Part shown: positions 28,775-37,015 of the stretch, in pieces
Layout of the letters: every line of letters starts with the position of its first letter
Numbering within the stretch: position 1 is the first letter of the stretch
IMG/VR virus record: IMGVR_UViG_2816332575_000002
Coordinates: 1 to 64,000 of that record
Source of the DNA: a virus
Taxonomy: Duplodnaviria; Caudoviricetes
DNA: 64,000 nt
Strand: one strand, 5' to 3'
Program-made: the position numbers and the translations under genes
The notes under the pieces: model-generated
What the model saw: only the letters and a program-made list of their open reading frames with translations
Database searches by the model: none
What the model was told of the DNA's origin: nothing

Positions 28775-29065
28775 ATGTCGCCCGAGATACTTGCCGCCTT
28801 CTTCGGTGGCGGTGGCATCGCGTCCCTGGCAACCTGGGCCACCGTGTGGCAGGCCCGCCGGTCGGCCGTTCAGCAGGAGCAGCGCGACCTCCGGCAGGAA
28901 CAGGAAAACGCGCTCAACCAACTGCGGCGCTACGTGCGTGAGCTGGAGGAGCTGCTGCGCTTCTACCGCGAAAGCAGCATTGACTACTCCGTGCAGCTCC
29001 GCTCTCACGGTATCGAGCCGCAGACGACGGCGCGTATGCCATCTTCGCTGCTGAACCAGGAATAA
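28775..29065 (+). CDS. small membrane + coiled-coil protein
   Basis: N-terminal hydrophobic GGGG helix then coiled coil; AGGAG RBS. Confidence 0.6.
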   Translation: MSPEILAAFFGGGGIASLATWATVWQARRSAVQQEQRDLRQEQENALNQLRRYVRELEELLRFYRESSIDYSVQLRSHGIEPQTTARMPSSLLNQE

Positions 29066-29099
29066 CAGCTTGGTCATGGCTCCAGCTAGCTTGCGGGGC

Positions 29100-29330
29100 A
29101 TGACCAATTTCTTCTGTCGCATAGTCGGCGTGAATCGGGGGCAGAGGCCCTTCTTCACCACCTGGACCCAGGAAATGTCAGCGCCCTACCGGCGCAGCGA
29201 CAGGACGTACGTCGTCCGCGTCGGCTTCCTCAAAGGTATTGCCGTCGGTCGGTACAACCGAATGCTGGCCGGCGAAGACGCCGCGATGCTGTCTGTCTTC
29301 CGGATGGAGGGCGCAGACGGTGGAGCCTGA
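29100..29330 (+). CDS. hypothetical protein (possibly leaderless)
   Basis: ATG 7 nt after putative -10 TAGCTT. Confidence 0.5.
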   Translation: MTNFFCRIVGVNRGQRPFFTTWTQEMSAPYRRSDRTYVVRVGFLKGIAVGRYNRMLAGEDAAMLSVFRMEGADGGA

Positions 29331-29439
29331 GGAGGTCTACGAGATCATCACGGACACGGTGCGGCACATGGTCGCCGAGGCCGCAGTCGACATCGACGAC
29401 GAGTGGCAGCTCCTCCAGATCCTGGGGGTGGAGCAGTGA
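29320..29439 (+). CDS. small acidic hypothetical protein
   Basis: GGAGG RBS + GTG; overlaps neighbours. Confidence 0.45.
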   Translation: MEPEEVYEIITDTVRHMVAEAAVDIDDEWQLLQILGVEQ

Positions 29440-29714
29440 AGCGAACCCGGAAGCGTCTACGGGAACTGCTCAACCGCCTGCGGGAACAGGTGCCTGGCCA
29501 GCGCCTCCAGGATCGCGTGGCCAGTCGCAGCGCGGCTTTGCCGACGCCGGATGTCGTCGAATGGGCCGACCAGGGCGTCACCCAGCTCTCCCGCGCCGTC
29601 AGCGAGCTGCGCAGGGCGGTGGACCAGGAGCAGCTCGACCAGGCCGTGGAGGGCCTGGTCGTGGTCGCTGCGACGGTAGAAGAGCTAACGCGTCGAGCTA
29701 CCGGCCGGCGGTGA
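29436..29714 (+). CDS. hypothetical protein
   Basis: GTGA coupling; helical. Confidence 0.55.
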   Translation: MKRTRKRLRELLNRLREQVPGQRLQDRVASRSAALPTPDVVEWADQGVTQLSRAVSELRRAVDQEQLDQAVEGLVVVAATVEELTRRATGRR

Positions 29715-30285
29715 CGCTGGAGATGTCCAGGCCGCGGTACAGGGCGTCAGCCAAGGCACCCTGATACATGCCGGTGTGAAGGCGGGGCCAGGGCACGAAA
29801 CCGGTGGCCAGACACCCGACGGTGCCCCACGCGGCATACAGAGGTTGGGACATGGAGCGGGCCACGTACTCGGCGGCTGACTGGGACCGCGCCGCGGGGT
29901 CCTCCAGCATGGTGAGTGCCATGGCGCGTGCGATCAGGCGCCCGGTGCGCAGACTGACGACCAGGTAGAGGGGGGACGCCGCCAGGGCGGTGTAGACGCC
30001 GATCATCATGACGACACGAGCGCCGCTGCCTTCCTCGCCGCCGCCGGCGAGTGCGCCGATGAACCCGAAGGCGAACATGCCGAGGACGAGCACGTAGGAG
30101 AGCCGGGCCAGGGTCAGACGGGCGGGGGAGTAGGGGGAGTACTGCCGGGCCTGCTGCTCGGCGTCGCGACGTCTCCGGGCGACGGCCTCTGGGCCCTGCT
30201 CCTGTAAGTCCCGCCAGTAGTCGGCCTCCTTGGCGCCGATCTGCACCGCGGCTGACGCCCAGCTCGCTCTCTGAAGGTCGTCCAT
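29698..30285 (-). CDS. membrane protein (moron-like, opposite strand)
   Basis: 2-3 TM segments; GGAGG RBS; one TTA codon. Confidence 0.65.
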   Translation of the reverse strand: MDDLQRASWASAAVQIGAKEADYWRDLQEQGPEAVARRRRDAEQQARQYSPYSPARLTLARLSYVLVLGMFAFGFIGALAGGGEEGSGARVVMMIGVYTALAASPLYLVVSLRTGRLIARAMALTMLEDPAARSQSAAEYVARSMSQPLYAAWGTVGCLATGFVPWPRLHTGMYQGALADALYRGLDISSVTAGR

Positions 30286-30467
30286 GGCCCCTCCCCGATC
30301 CCCTAGACACCCGAGTGTGTTCGGGCAGAATACCCCGCCGCATCCACACGGTCAGGTAATAACCGTCGCGCGCCAGTTGACCCGGTGCCGGCGGGCTGGC
30401 AGTAACTCTTTTTCTGGGCTCGCTCATAGCCTCAATTCCGGAAATCTGGAATTGAGGAGCGGGTCTT

Positions 30468-32009
30468 ATGGGCATAGCCGTCGAAGAGCAGGACGAGTTG
30501 GCTGGCTATGTTCCTGAGACGTTCCAGAATGAGGTCAGCCAGGAAACCGTAGACCAGATCATCGACAAGATGCTGCTGGTGGTCGACGAGCTGTCCGGTC
30601 ACCCGCTGAGGCACTACCAGGAGCCGCTGGCACGGCGAATCCTTGAGTCGATGATTCTCGGCGATGCCAAGACCATCACGTCCTGCATGGCCCGGCAGTC
30701 CGGCAAGACCGAGACCATTGTGAACACCATCGCGGCAGCGATGATCATGTTCCCGAAGCTCGCCCGAATCTTTCCCACCCTCATGGGCCGCTTCGCAGAG
30801 GGTGTATGGGTGGGAGCTTTCGCACCGGTCGACGACATGGCGGACAACCTGTATTCCCGGTTCGTCACCCGGCTCACGTCGGAGCGCGCCCAGGAAATCA
30901 TGCAGGACCCCGAAGTCGACGACAAGGTCACAGGCAAGGGGCGCGAACTCAAGCTGGTCAAGTCCGGCTCCCTGGTGCGCAAACAGACGTGTCATCCGCG
31001 GGCACAGATCGAAGGCCGTACCTACCACGTCGTGTTGGTCGACGAGGCACAGGTCGCCGACGAGCGGGTCATCAACAAGTCGATCTCTCCGATGCTTTCC
31101 AGCACCCGAGGCACAATGGTGCTCACAGGAACACCCACGTATTCCAAGGGCATCTTCTACAAGATCATCCAGCAGAACAAGCGGATGGCCAACAAGCGGG
31201 GACAGCGGCAGAACCACTTCGAGGCCACCTGGAAAGACGTCGCCAAGGCTCATCCGGACTATGGCATCTACATCGAGGCCGAGAAGCTCAAGATCGGTGA
31301 GGACAGCGACGAATTCAAGCTGAGCTACAGGCTCATCTGGATGCTCGACCGCGGAATGCTCACCACCGGGGAAAAGTTCGAGGCGCTGTGCGACAGCTCC
31401 ATGCAGGTGGTCAAGGCGTGGAATCACACCCCGGTCCTCGTGGGCATCGACCCAGCCCGGAAGCAGGACTCCACCATCGTCACCGTGACCTGGATCGACT
31501 GGGACCATCCCGATGAGTTCGGTACGTACGAGCACCGCGTCCTCAACTGGCTCGACTTGAGTGGGCTGGAGTGGGAGGAGCAGTACTACCGCATCGTCGA
31601 CTGGCTCTCCGCGTACAACATCTGGGCCATCTGCATCGACGTCGGCGGTGTCGGCGACGTGGTCGCATCCCGCCTCAAGGTGCTCATGCCCCACGTCGAA
31701 ATCGTGGAATGCAACTCCGACCTCGGCGCTCAGTCGAAGCGATGGAAGCACCTCATGGAGTTGATGCGGCAGGGCAAGATCGCCTGGCCGGGGCATTCGA
31801 AGGCTCGGCGCCTCAAGGTCTGGCAGCGGTTCCAGACGCAGATGGAAGACGCGGAGCTGCGCTTCCAGGGTCCAAACGTGATCGTCGAAGCACCCGACGA
31901 AACCGGCGCGCACGACGACTACGTGGACTCGCTCGCCCTGTCGGTATGGGCGTCGGCGGAGATGTCCATGCCGGAAATCCAGACGCAAGACAATTTCTTC
32001 TACCGATGA
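30468..32009 (+). CDS. terL: terminase large subunit
   Basis: ARQSGKT Walker A, LVDEAQ Walker B, GTP motif; nuclease GIDPA...D...HDDYVDS. Confidence 0.93.
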   Translation: MGIAVEEQDELAGYVPETFQNEVSQETVDQIIDKMLLVVDELSGHPLRHYQEPLARRILESMILGDAKTITSCMARQSGKTETIVNTIAAAMIMFPKLARIFPTLMGRFAEGVWVGAFAPVDDMADNLYSRFVTRLTSERAQEIMQDPEVDDKVTGKGRELKLVKSGSLVRKQTCHPRAQIEGRTYHVVLVDEAQVADERVINKSISPMLSSTRGTMVLTGTPTYSKGIFYKIIQQNKRMANKRGQRQNHFEATWKDVAKAHPDYGIYIEAEKLKIGEDSDEFKLSYRLIWMLDRGMLTTGEKFEALCDSSMQVVKAWNHTPVLVGIDPARKQDSTIVTVTWIDWDHPDEFGTYEHRVLNWLDLSGLEWEEQYYRIVDWLSAYNIWAICIDVGGVGDVVASRLKVLMPHVEIVECNSDLGAQSKRWKHLMELMRQGKIAWPGHSKARRLKVWQRFQTQMEDAELRFQGPNVIVEAPDETGAHDDYVDSLALSVWASAEMSMPEIQTQDNFFYR

Positions 32010-32057
32010 AGAAACGTTTCTGCGGATAATCCAAGAACCCGCAATCTTGGAGGACGC

Positions 32058-32600
32058 ATGACCACACCGCCCGAGCCCACCGTCGAAGAACTCAAGCGTC
32101 GGATCGCCGAACTCACGGCAGAGAACACTCAACTGAAGACCGACAAGACCAAGCTGGCCGCGGAACGCGACAAGGCGCTGCTCGGATGGCGGCCGACCGA
32201 CTTCTACGACCTCCAGGGCCGGGCGGCCGACGACCCGTTCCTCACCCGGAGCTGGCAGGCCCTGACGCCGGACACCCGGCCGCCGGCCTACCCCACGGTC
32301 TTCACCGGCACCTTCAACGGCACTCAGGCAGGCCCCACCCCGGCGATCACCTTCACCTGGAAGAAGCCCGCCGCCGGCGCCCCCGCTTCCTACGAGCTTC
32401 AGCGGCACGAGGGCGAGATCGACGTGAACCCGTCCGACCCCAGCCGGGTCTTCCTCTTCCAGCTCCCCGGCGACCTCACCACCTACAAGCTCGACCTCAC
32501 CGGCCACAAGATCCGCGCAAGGCAGTACCGCTTCACCCTGACCGCCATCGACGCGAGCGGGCGCCGGTCGACGCCGGCCATCGCCGTCGTGGCGGCCTGA
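32058..32600 (+). CDS. coiled-coil + Fn3/Ig-like protein
   Basis: TFTWKKP...SYEL...YRFTLTAIDASGRRS Fn3 signature. Confidence 0.65.
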   Translation: MTTPPEPTVEELKRRIAELTAENTQLKTDKTKLAAERDKALLGWRPTDFYDLQGRAADDPFLTRSWQALTPDTRPPAYPTVFTGTFNGTQAGPTPAITFTWKKPAAGAPASYELQRHEGEIDVNPSDPSRVFLFQLPGDLTTYKLDLTGHKIRARQYRFTLTAIDASGRRSTPAIAVVAA

Positions 32601-32604
32601 GCCG

Positions 32605-33114
32605 ATGGGCTTCCCCTACGAGCACCCGCCGCGCGGCTGGGAGACCGAGCCCTGGTGGATACCCGGCTGGACGGCACAACGTCCCCTCGACCGCGACCAG
32701 GTCCCGCCAGACAGGCCCCGATTCCCTGAGCACATCGACCAGGTGAGGCTCGGGGCGACGTACCTGTGGGGGAGCGAGGCAGAGGTCTACCGGGCCAGCG
32801 TCCTGGTCCGCGCAGCAGCACCTCTGGTCGACACCGTCACCGGCACCCGCGTCCTGCCGCACACCACCCGTATCCCGATCCGCGGTGGCCAGCTCGCCCT
32901 CACCCTGCCCGCATCCACCGGACCGACCCTGGCGGCGCCCTTCTCCTACTCGGTGTGGGAGGTCATGCCGGGCGGCCGACGCTTCATGATCCGGGTGCCG
33001 GCCGGAGTGGGCGAGACGGTGCAGCAGCTGCACGCCCTGGAGGTCGACGAGCCCTACCAGCCCATCCCGGTACCGCGGCTGACCAGCCGCAACTACAACT
33101 GGATCTACCAGTAA
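32605..33114 (+). CDS. hypothetical, possibly structural protein
   Basis: 169-aa ORF; GQLALTLPAS...FSYSVWE beta-rich segment. Confidence 0.6.
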   Translation: MGFPYEHPPRGWETEPWWIPGWTAQRPLDRDQVPPDRPRFPEHIDQVRLGATYLWGSEAEVYRASVLVRAAAPLVDTVTGTRVLPHTTRIPIRGGQLALTLPASTGPTLAAPFSYSVWEVMPGGRRFMIRVPAGVGETVQQLHALEVDEPYQPIPVPRLTSRNYNWIYQ

Positions 33115-33146
33115 GAGCCGCGAGGCCGGACCGTAAACTGCTGCGC

Positions 33147-33761
33147 ATGAGGAGCATTCGTGTAGCAGCACCCGGCGACGGCCTGGCCGTCGCTCGCCTC
33201 ATGTCGTACGTCGCGAACGACGAAGTGCGGCCTGACTCCCCGATGATTCGAGCGATCGAGAAGCGCGGGGGCGTCGTGCCGGTGCGCTACGGCCAGGTGG
33301 CTTGCCTGGTAGCTGAGGTCGAAGGGGAAGTCGTCGGGATGGTGCACACCGCTCCTCCGGTTGACTGGCTGGCGACCTTCCCCAAGAACCGCGCACGGGC
33401 CCTGGCGCAGCGCATCCTCCAAATCGAGCTGCTGGCGGTGGACCCCGAGCACCGCGGCCAAGGAGTGGGACAGGCGCTTCTTGAGTCCGCGGAGAACCGG
33501 CTGCTCGATCAGCGCGGACACTTGGTCTATGCGAAGGTCCGTGCCGGTGACTATCCGGTGATGCGTTGGTACCGGCGCCGTGGCTACACCATCGCCGCGC
33601 AGGGCCAATCAGTTCTCATAAATACGACGCAGGGCCTTACCGGAATCGAGGACTGCGGAGATGGCTACCAACTAGCCGCGAAAGCCGTGCAACCCGGCAC
33701 CAAAATCGAGCGGTTCCAGGACCAGGGGAGCGAGCACCTTATCGCTGCCCGCAGTGCGTGA
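33147..33761 (+). CDS. GNAT acetyltransferase
   Basis: LAVDPEHRGQGVGQALL acetyl-CoA motif; WYRRRGY. Confidence 0.85.
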   Translation: MRSIRVAAPGDGLAVARLMSYVANDEVRPDSPMIRAIEKRGGVVPVRYGQVACLVAEVEGEVVGMVHTAPPVDWLATFPKNRARALAQRILQIELLAVDPEHRGQGVGQALLESAENRLLDQRGHLVYAKVRAGDYPVMRWYRRRGYTIAAQGQSVLINTTQGLTGIEDCGDGYQLAAKAVQPGTKIERFQDQGSEHLIAARSA

Positions 33762-33827
33762 CCTAACAGCGTTTATAGCTGCGGCTGGACCATGGGAGAA
33801 GTGCACTCTCATGAATGAGGTACCGAT

Positions 33828-34229
33828 ATGCCTTCCAGCCCGCTCGCCCCCGTCCCGCACAACCCGGAACGGGGCCGCCCCGAATACACTGCCAAGACCG
33901 GCTCCAACACTGCCCGCAAGGGCCGCCTCCGCTTCGAGGAGGGCGTCGGCACCGACACGGACGTACCGCGCGACTTCGGCGTTGGCGTCCTCTCCGGGTA
34001 CGAGACCGCTCCCGGACGCCCGAATCACAACAAGGTCATCTGGAAGAAGCCGGCGGAGGAGACGCTGAAGGCTCGGGCGCATGTCGGGTCCGCTTCCTGG
34101 CCCGAGGCTCCTGAGTTCCTCCAGCCTTTCGCCGACGGCGCTGGCTCCGGCGCGGAGCTGAAATTCCAGATGGCTGTGAGGGATGGCGGTCACCAGTTCC
34201 GGCGCAACTACGCCAAGGTCACCGAGTAG
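33828..34229 (+). CDS. conserved head-module hypothetical protein
   Basis: GRLRFEEGVGTDTDVPRDF...RAHVGSASWPEAP; directly upstream of portal. Confidence 0.7.
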   Translation: MPSSPLAPVPHNPERGRPEYTAKTGSNTARKGRLRFEEGVGTDTDVPRDFGVGVLSGYETAPGRPNHNKVIWKKPAEETLKARAHVGSASWPEAPEFLQPFADGAGSGAELKFQMAVRDGGHQFRRNYAKVTE

Positions 34230-34237
34230 CCGCGGCG

Positions 34238-34292
34238 CACAGAAATCCTCTCAGCTACCGTTCTCTGCGGAGCCGCTGAGAGGATTTCTGTG
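34238..34292. terminator. 18-bp perfect inverted repeat (terminator or processing hairpin)
   Basis: CACAGAAATCCTCTCAGC / GCTGAGAGGATTTCTGTG. Confidence 0.7.
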
Positions 34293-34354
34293 TAATTCGC
34301 AGTCGTGCTCCGAGGGTCGCCTCCTGCACGTAGCAGCATTGGAGGTGATGCCGG

Positions 34355-36075
34355 ATGTCCGTCGCGTTCTACCCCCCGAGTATGCGCGCCGCCTCGTCAG
34401 ACCTTGCCATATCCATCTCCCCTCTGGGGCTGGTTGAGCTGTCTGACGAGGAGTAGCTCCGCTTGAGTTTGAAATACACGGCCAGCGGTTGAGCCGGTAT
34501 TCCACCAACTGGGCCTTCTACCTTGGCTACCACCACAGCTACCGTCGCGAAGCCGGTGAAACCCAGAACGCGATCAACTACACCGGCGCGCTCGCCCGGT
34601 ACATCAACCACTTCGTGCTCGGCCGCGGCATCCACTTCGAGACGAAGAAGAAGTACGACCACATCATCCCAGCCCTGCTGCGTCGCGCATGGGAAGAGGA
34701 CAACGACAAAAAGAGCCTCCTCTACGAGATCGGCGAGCACAGCGGCGTCACCGGGGACGCCTTCGTCAAGGTGGCGTACGAGAAGCCCTACCAGGACAAG
34801 GCCGGCCGCAACCACCCCGGTCGCGTACGCATCCTCCCGCTGTCGAGCGCCCACGTGTTCCCGGAGTTCCACCCCCATTCGCGCGACAAGCTCCAGCGCG
34901 TGAAAATCAAGTACAAGTTTTTCGGCACCAACACCGATGGAACGCGTCAGACCTACGTCTACACCGAGATCCTCACAGACGACCGGATCGCGGAGTACAT
35001 CAACGACGACCTGGTGGACGAGCGCGACAATCCACTCGGGGTCATACCGGTCGTCCATATCAAGAACATCGCCGTGAGCGGTTCCCCATGGGGACTGAGC
35101 GACGTCAATGATGTCATCCCGCTGAACCGTGAGTACAACAACATCACGAACGACATCGCCGACATCATCGCGTACCACGCAGCCCCCGTCACTGTGGTGC
35201 AGGGGGCCAAAGCGACCAACCTTGAGAAGTCGCCCAAGAAGGTTTGGTCGGGCCTTCCCAAGGACTCCAAGGTGTACAACCTTGAGTCTGCCGTGAATCT
35301 CCAGGGGCCTTTGGAGTACCTGGCGATCCTCAAGAACTCCATGCACGAGCTGAGTGGCGTCCCCGAAACCGCTCTGGGTAAGACGCAGCCGGTCAGCAAC
35401 ACCAGCGGCGTTGCCCTCGCCATTCAGCACATGCCGCTGGTTCAGCGTGCCACCTTGAAGCAGATGCAGTACTCCATCGGGTTCAAGCGGATCAACGAGC
35501 TGGTTCTGCTGACACTGTACGTCCACGAGCCGAAGACGCTGATATACGACCCCGAATCCGAGGGCATCAAGAAGGACGACTCGCAGCCCGATGTCATCGA
35601 CATCCAGGACCCCGAGGCATACCAGGCCGACGTGGTCTGGCCCAGCCCCCTGCCCGTCGACAACATCGTCAAGCTCAACGAAATCCAGCTCAAGATGGCC
35701 CTCGGCCTGGAGAGTAAGCGCTCTGCCCTCAACGAACTTGGCGAGGAGTTCGCCGACGAGAAGCTCGCTGAGATCGAGGAAGAGCAGAAGCAAGACGCTG
35801 TCGCCCAGGGAGCGCTGGACTTTATCAAGGCGAGCATCGACGCGGGTATTTTGAACGCCGTGGGAATGCCGCCGCAGGAATCCCATGCCGACAAGAAAAC
35901 CACGCCGACGACAACCTCGGGGAAGGGCACCCCCGAATCGTCCGGCATGGCTCTGAAGCTCGGAATGGACACCAAGAAGATATTCGATCAGGTCGTCACG
36001 AAGGCGCACGGCACGAAATTGCCTCAGCGCTCCGTCGCCGCCGACACCACCGTAAGGACAGACAATGCCGACTGA
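34355..36075 (+). CDS. portal protein with a 14-nt coding gap at 34454-34467 (recoding or lesion)
   Basis: GGAGG + ATG 34355 gives MSVAFYPPS...LVELSDEE-stop; resumes FEIHGQRLSRYSTNW in the 34489..36075 frame; portal motifs VTGDAFVKV, GVIPVVHIKN, SGVAL. Confidence 0.85.
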
Positions 36076-36847
36076 AACTGAGACGCAGCAGCAGCCGACC
36101 GCTACGCCCCCTGCCGCGCCGCCGGCCGCTCCGGCTGAGACCCCTCCGACCGCCGCGCCGCCGACCACGGAGCAGCCGGCCACGACCACCAGCTCGAAGT
36201 CGACAGAGCAGGAAAGCCTCCTGCCGCGGCTGGAGTCCCAGCAGGAGGTGCTCGACCGCCTCCAGGCCGACCTGGACGCCCGCGAGGCTGAGCGGAAGGC
36301 CAAGGAGGAGGAAGAGGCAGAGGCCGCCGCCAAGGCCGCTGAGGAGAACGAGAAGCAGCGTCGTTCGACGCTCTCGGCCAAGGCCCTGCTTGCAGAGAAG
36401 GAGGCCGAATGGGAGGCGAAGCTGGCCGACCTTCAGCGTCAAATCGCTGAACGTGACGCGTTGGCGGCGAAGGAGAAGGAGTACGTCGAGCTTCAGCAGT
36501 ACCAGGCGCAGGCCCTGGCCGCGGCGGCGGACGAGATAGCCCCCGAGCTGCACGACCTCGTCAAGGGCGGCAGCCGCGAGGAGATCGACGCCTCTGTAGC
36601 CGCGATGAAGCAGAAGTCCGCCGCGATCGTTGCCAGCCTCCAGGCCGCGCAGACGCAGGCCCGCGCCGCCATGCGTGGTACTGCCCCGACGGGTTATGGG
36701 ATTGGGCCGGAGGGAGCGATGGGGGACGTGACCACGCTGACCCCTGAACAGATCGCTGACATGCCTATGTCCGAGTACGCGGCGTGGCGCATGAAGCAGG
36801 GACGGCCGGGCGCTCCGCGTCCACAGAACCGCGGCTTCATTAACTGA
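36065..36847 (+). CDS. capsid scaffolding protein
   Basis: Pro/Ala-rich N-terminus, long coiled coil, C-terminal IADMPMSEYAAWR; lies between portal and capsid. Confidence 0.8.
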   Translation: MPTETETQQQPTATPPAAPPAAPAETPPTAAPPTTEQPATTTSSKSTEQESLLPRLESQQEVLDRLQADLDAREAERKAKEEEEAEAAAKAAEENEKQRRSTLSAKALLAEKEAEWEAKLADLQRQIAERDALAAKEKEYVELQQYQAQALAAAADEIAPELHDLVKGGSREEIDASVAAMKQKSAAIVASLQAAQTQARAAMRGTAPTGYGIGPEGAMGDVTTLTPEQIADMPMSEYAAWRMKQGRPGAPRPQNRGFIN

Positions 36848-36858
36848 TGTGAGGCCAT

Positions 36859-36897
36859 GAGACCCCCGATTCACCATCGTGCAGTCGGGGGTTTTCT
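36859..36897 (+). terminator. intrinsic terminator
   Basis: GACCCCCGAT...GTCGGGGGTTTT. Confidence 0.6.
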
Positions 36898-37015
36898 GTT
36901 GGGCAGTAACACTATTCCTGGTTGGTGAAGAGACTGGGGAGCAACGGCAAAAGTACGTACCGGCTTTCTGGTGCGTACGACCGCGGTCCCTGTCGTCACA
37001 CCAGAAGGAATGCAC

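Noticed and set aside
34489-34491. TTG as the portal start
   Set aside because: No RBS at suitable spacing; an upstream GGAGG-ATG (34355) encodes a plausible portal N-terminus. Not formally excluded
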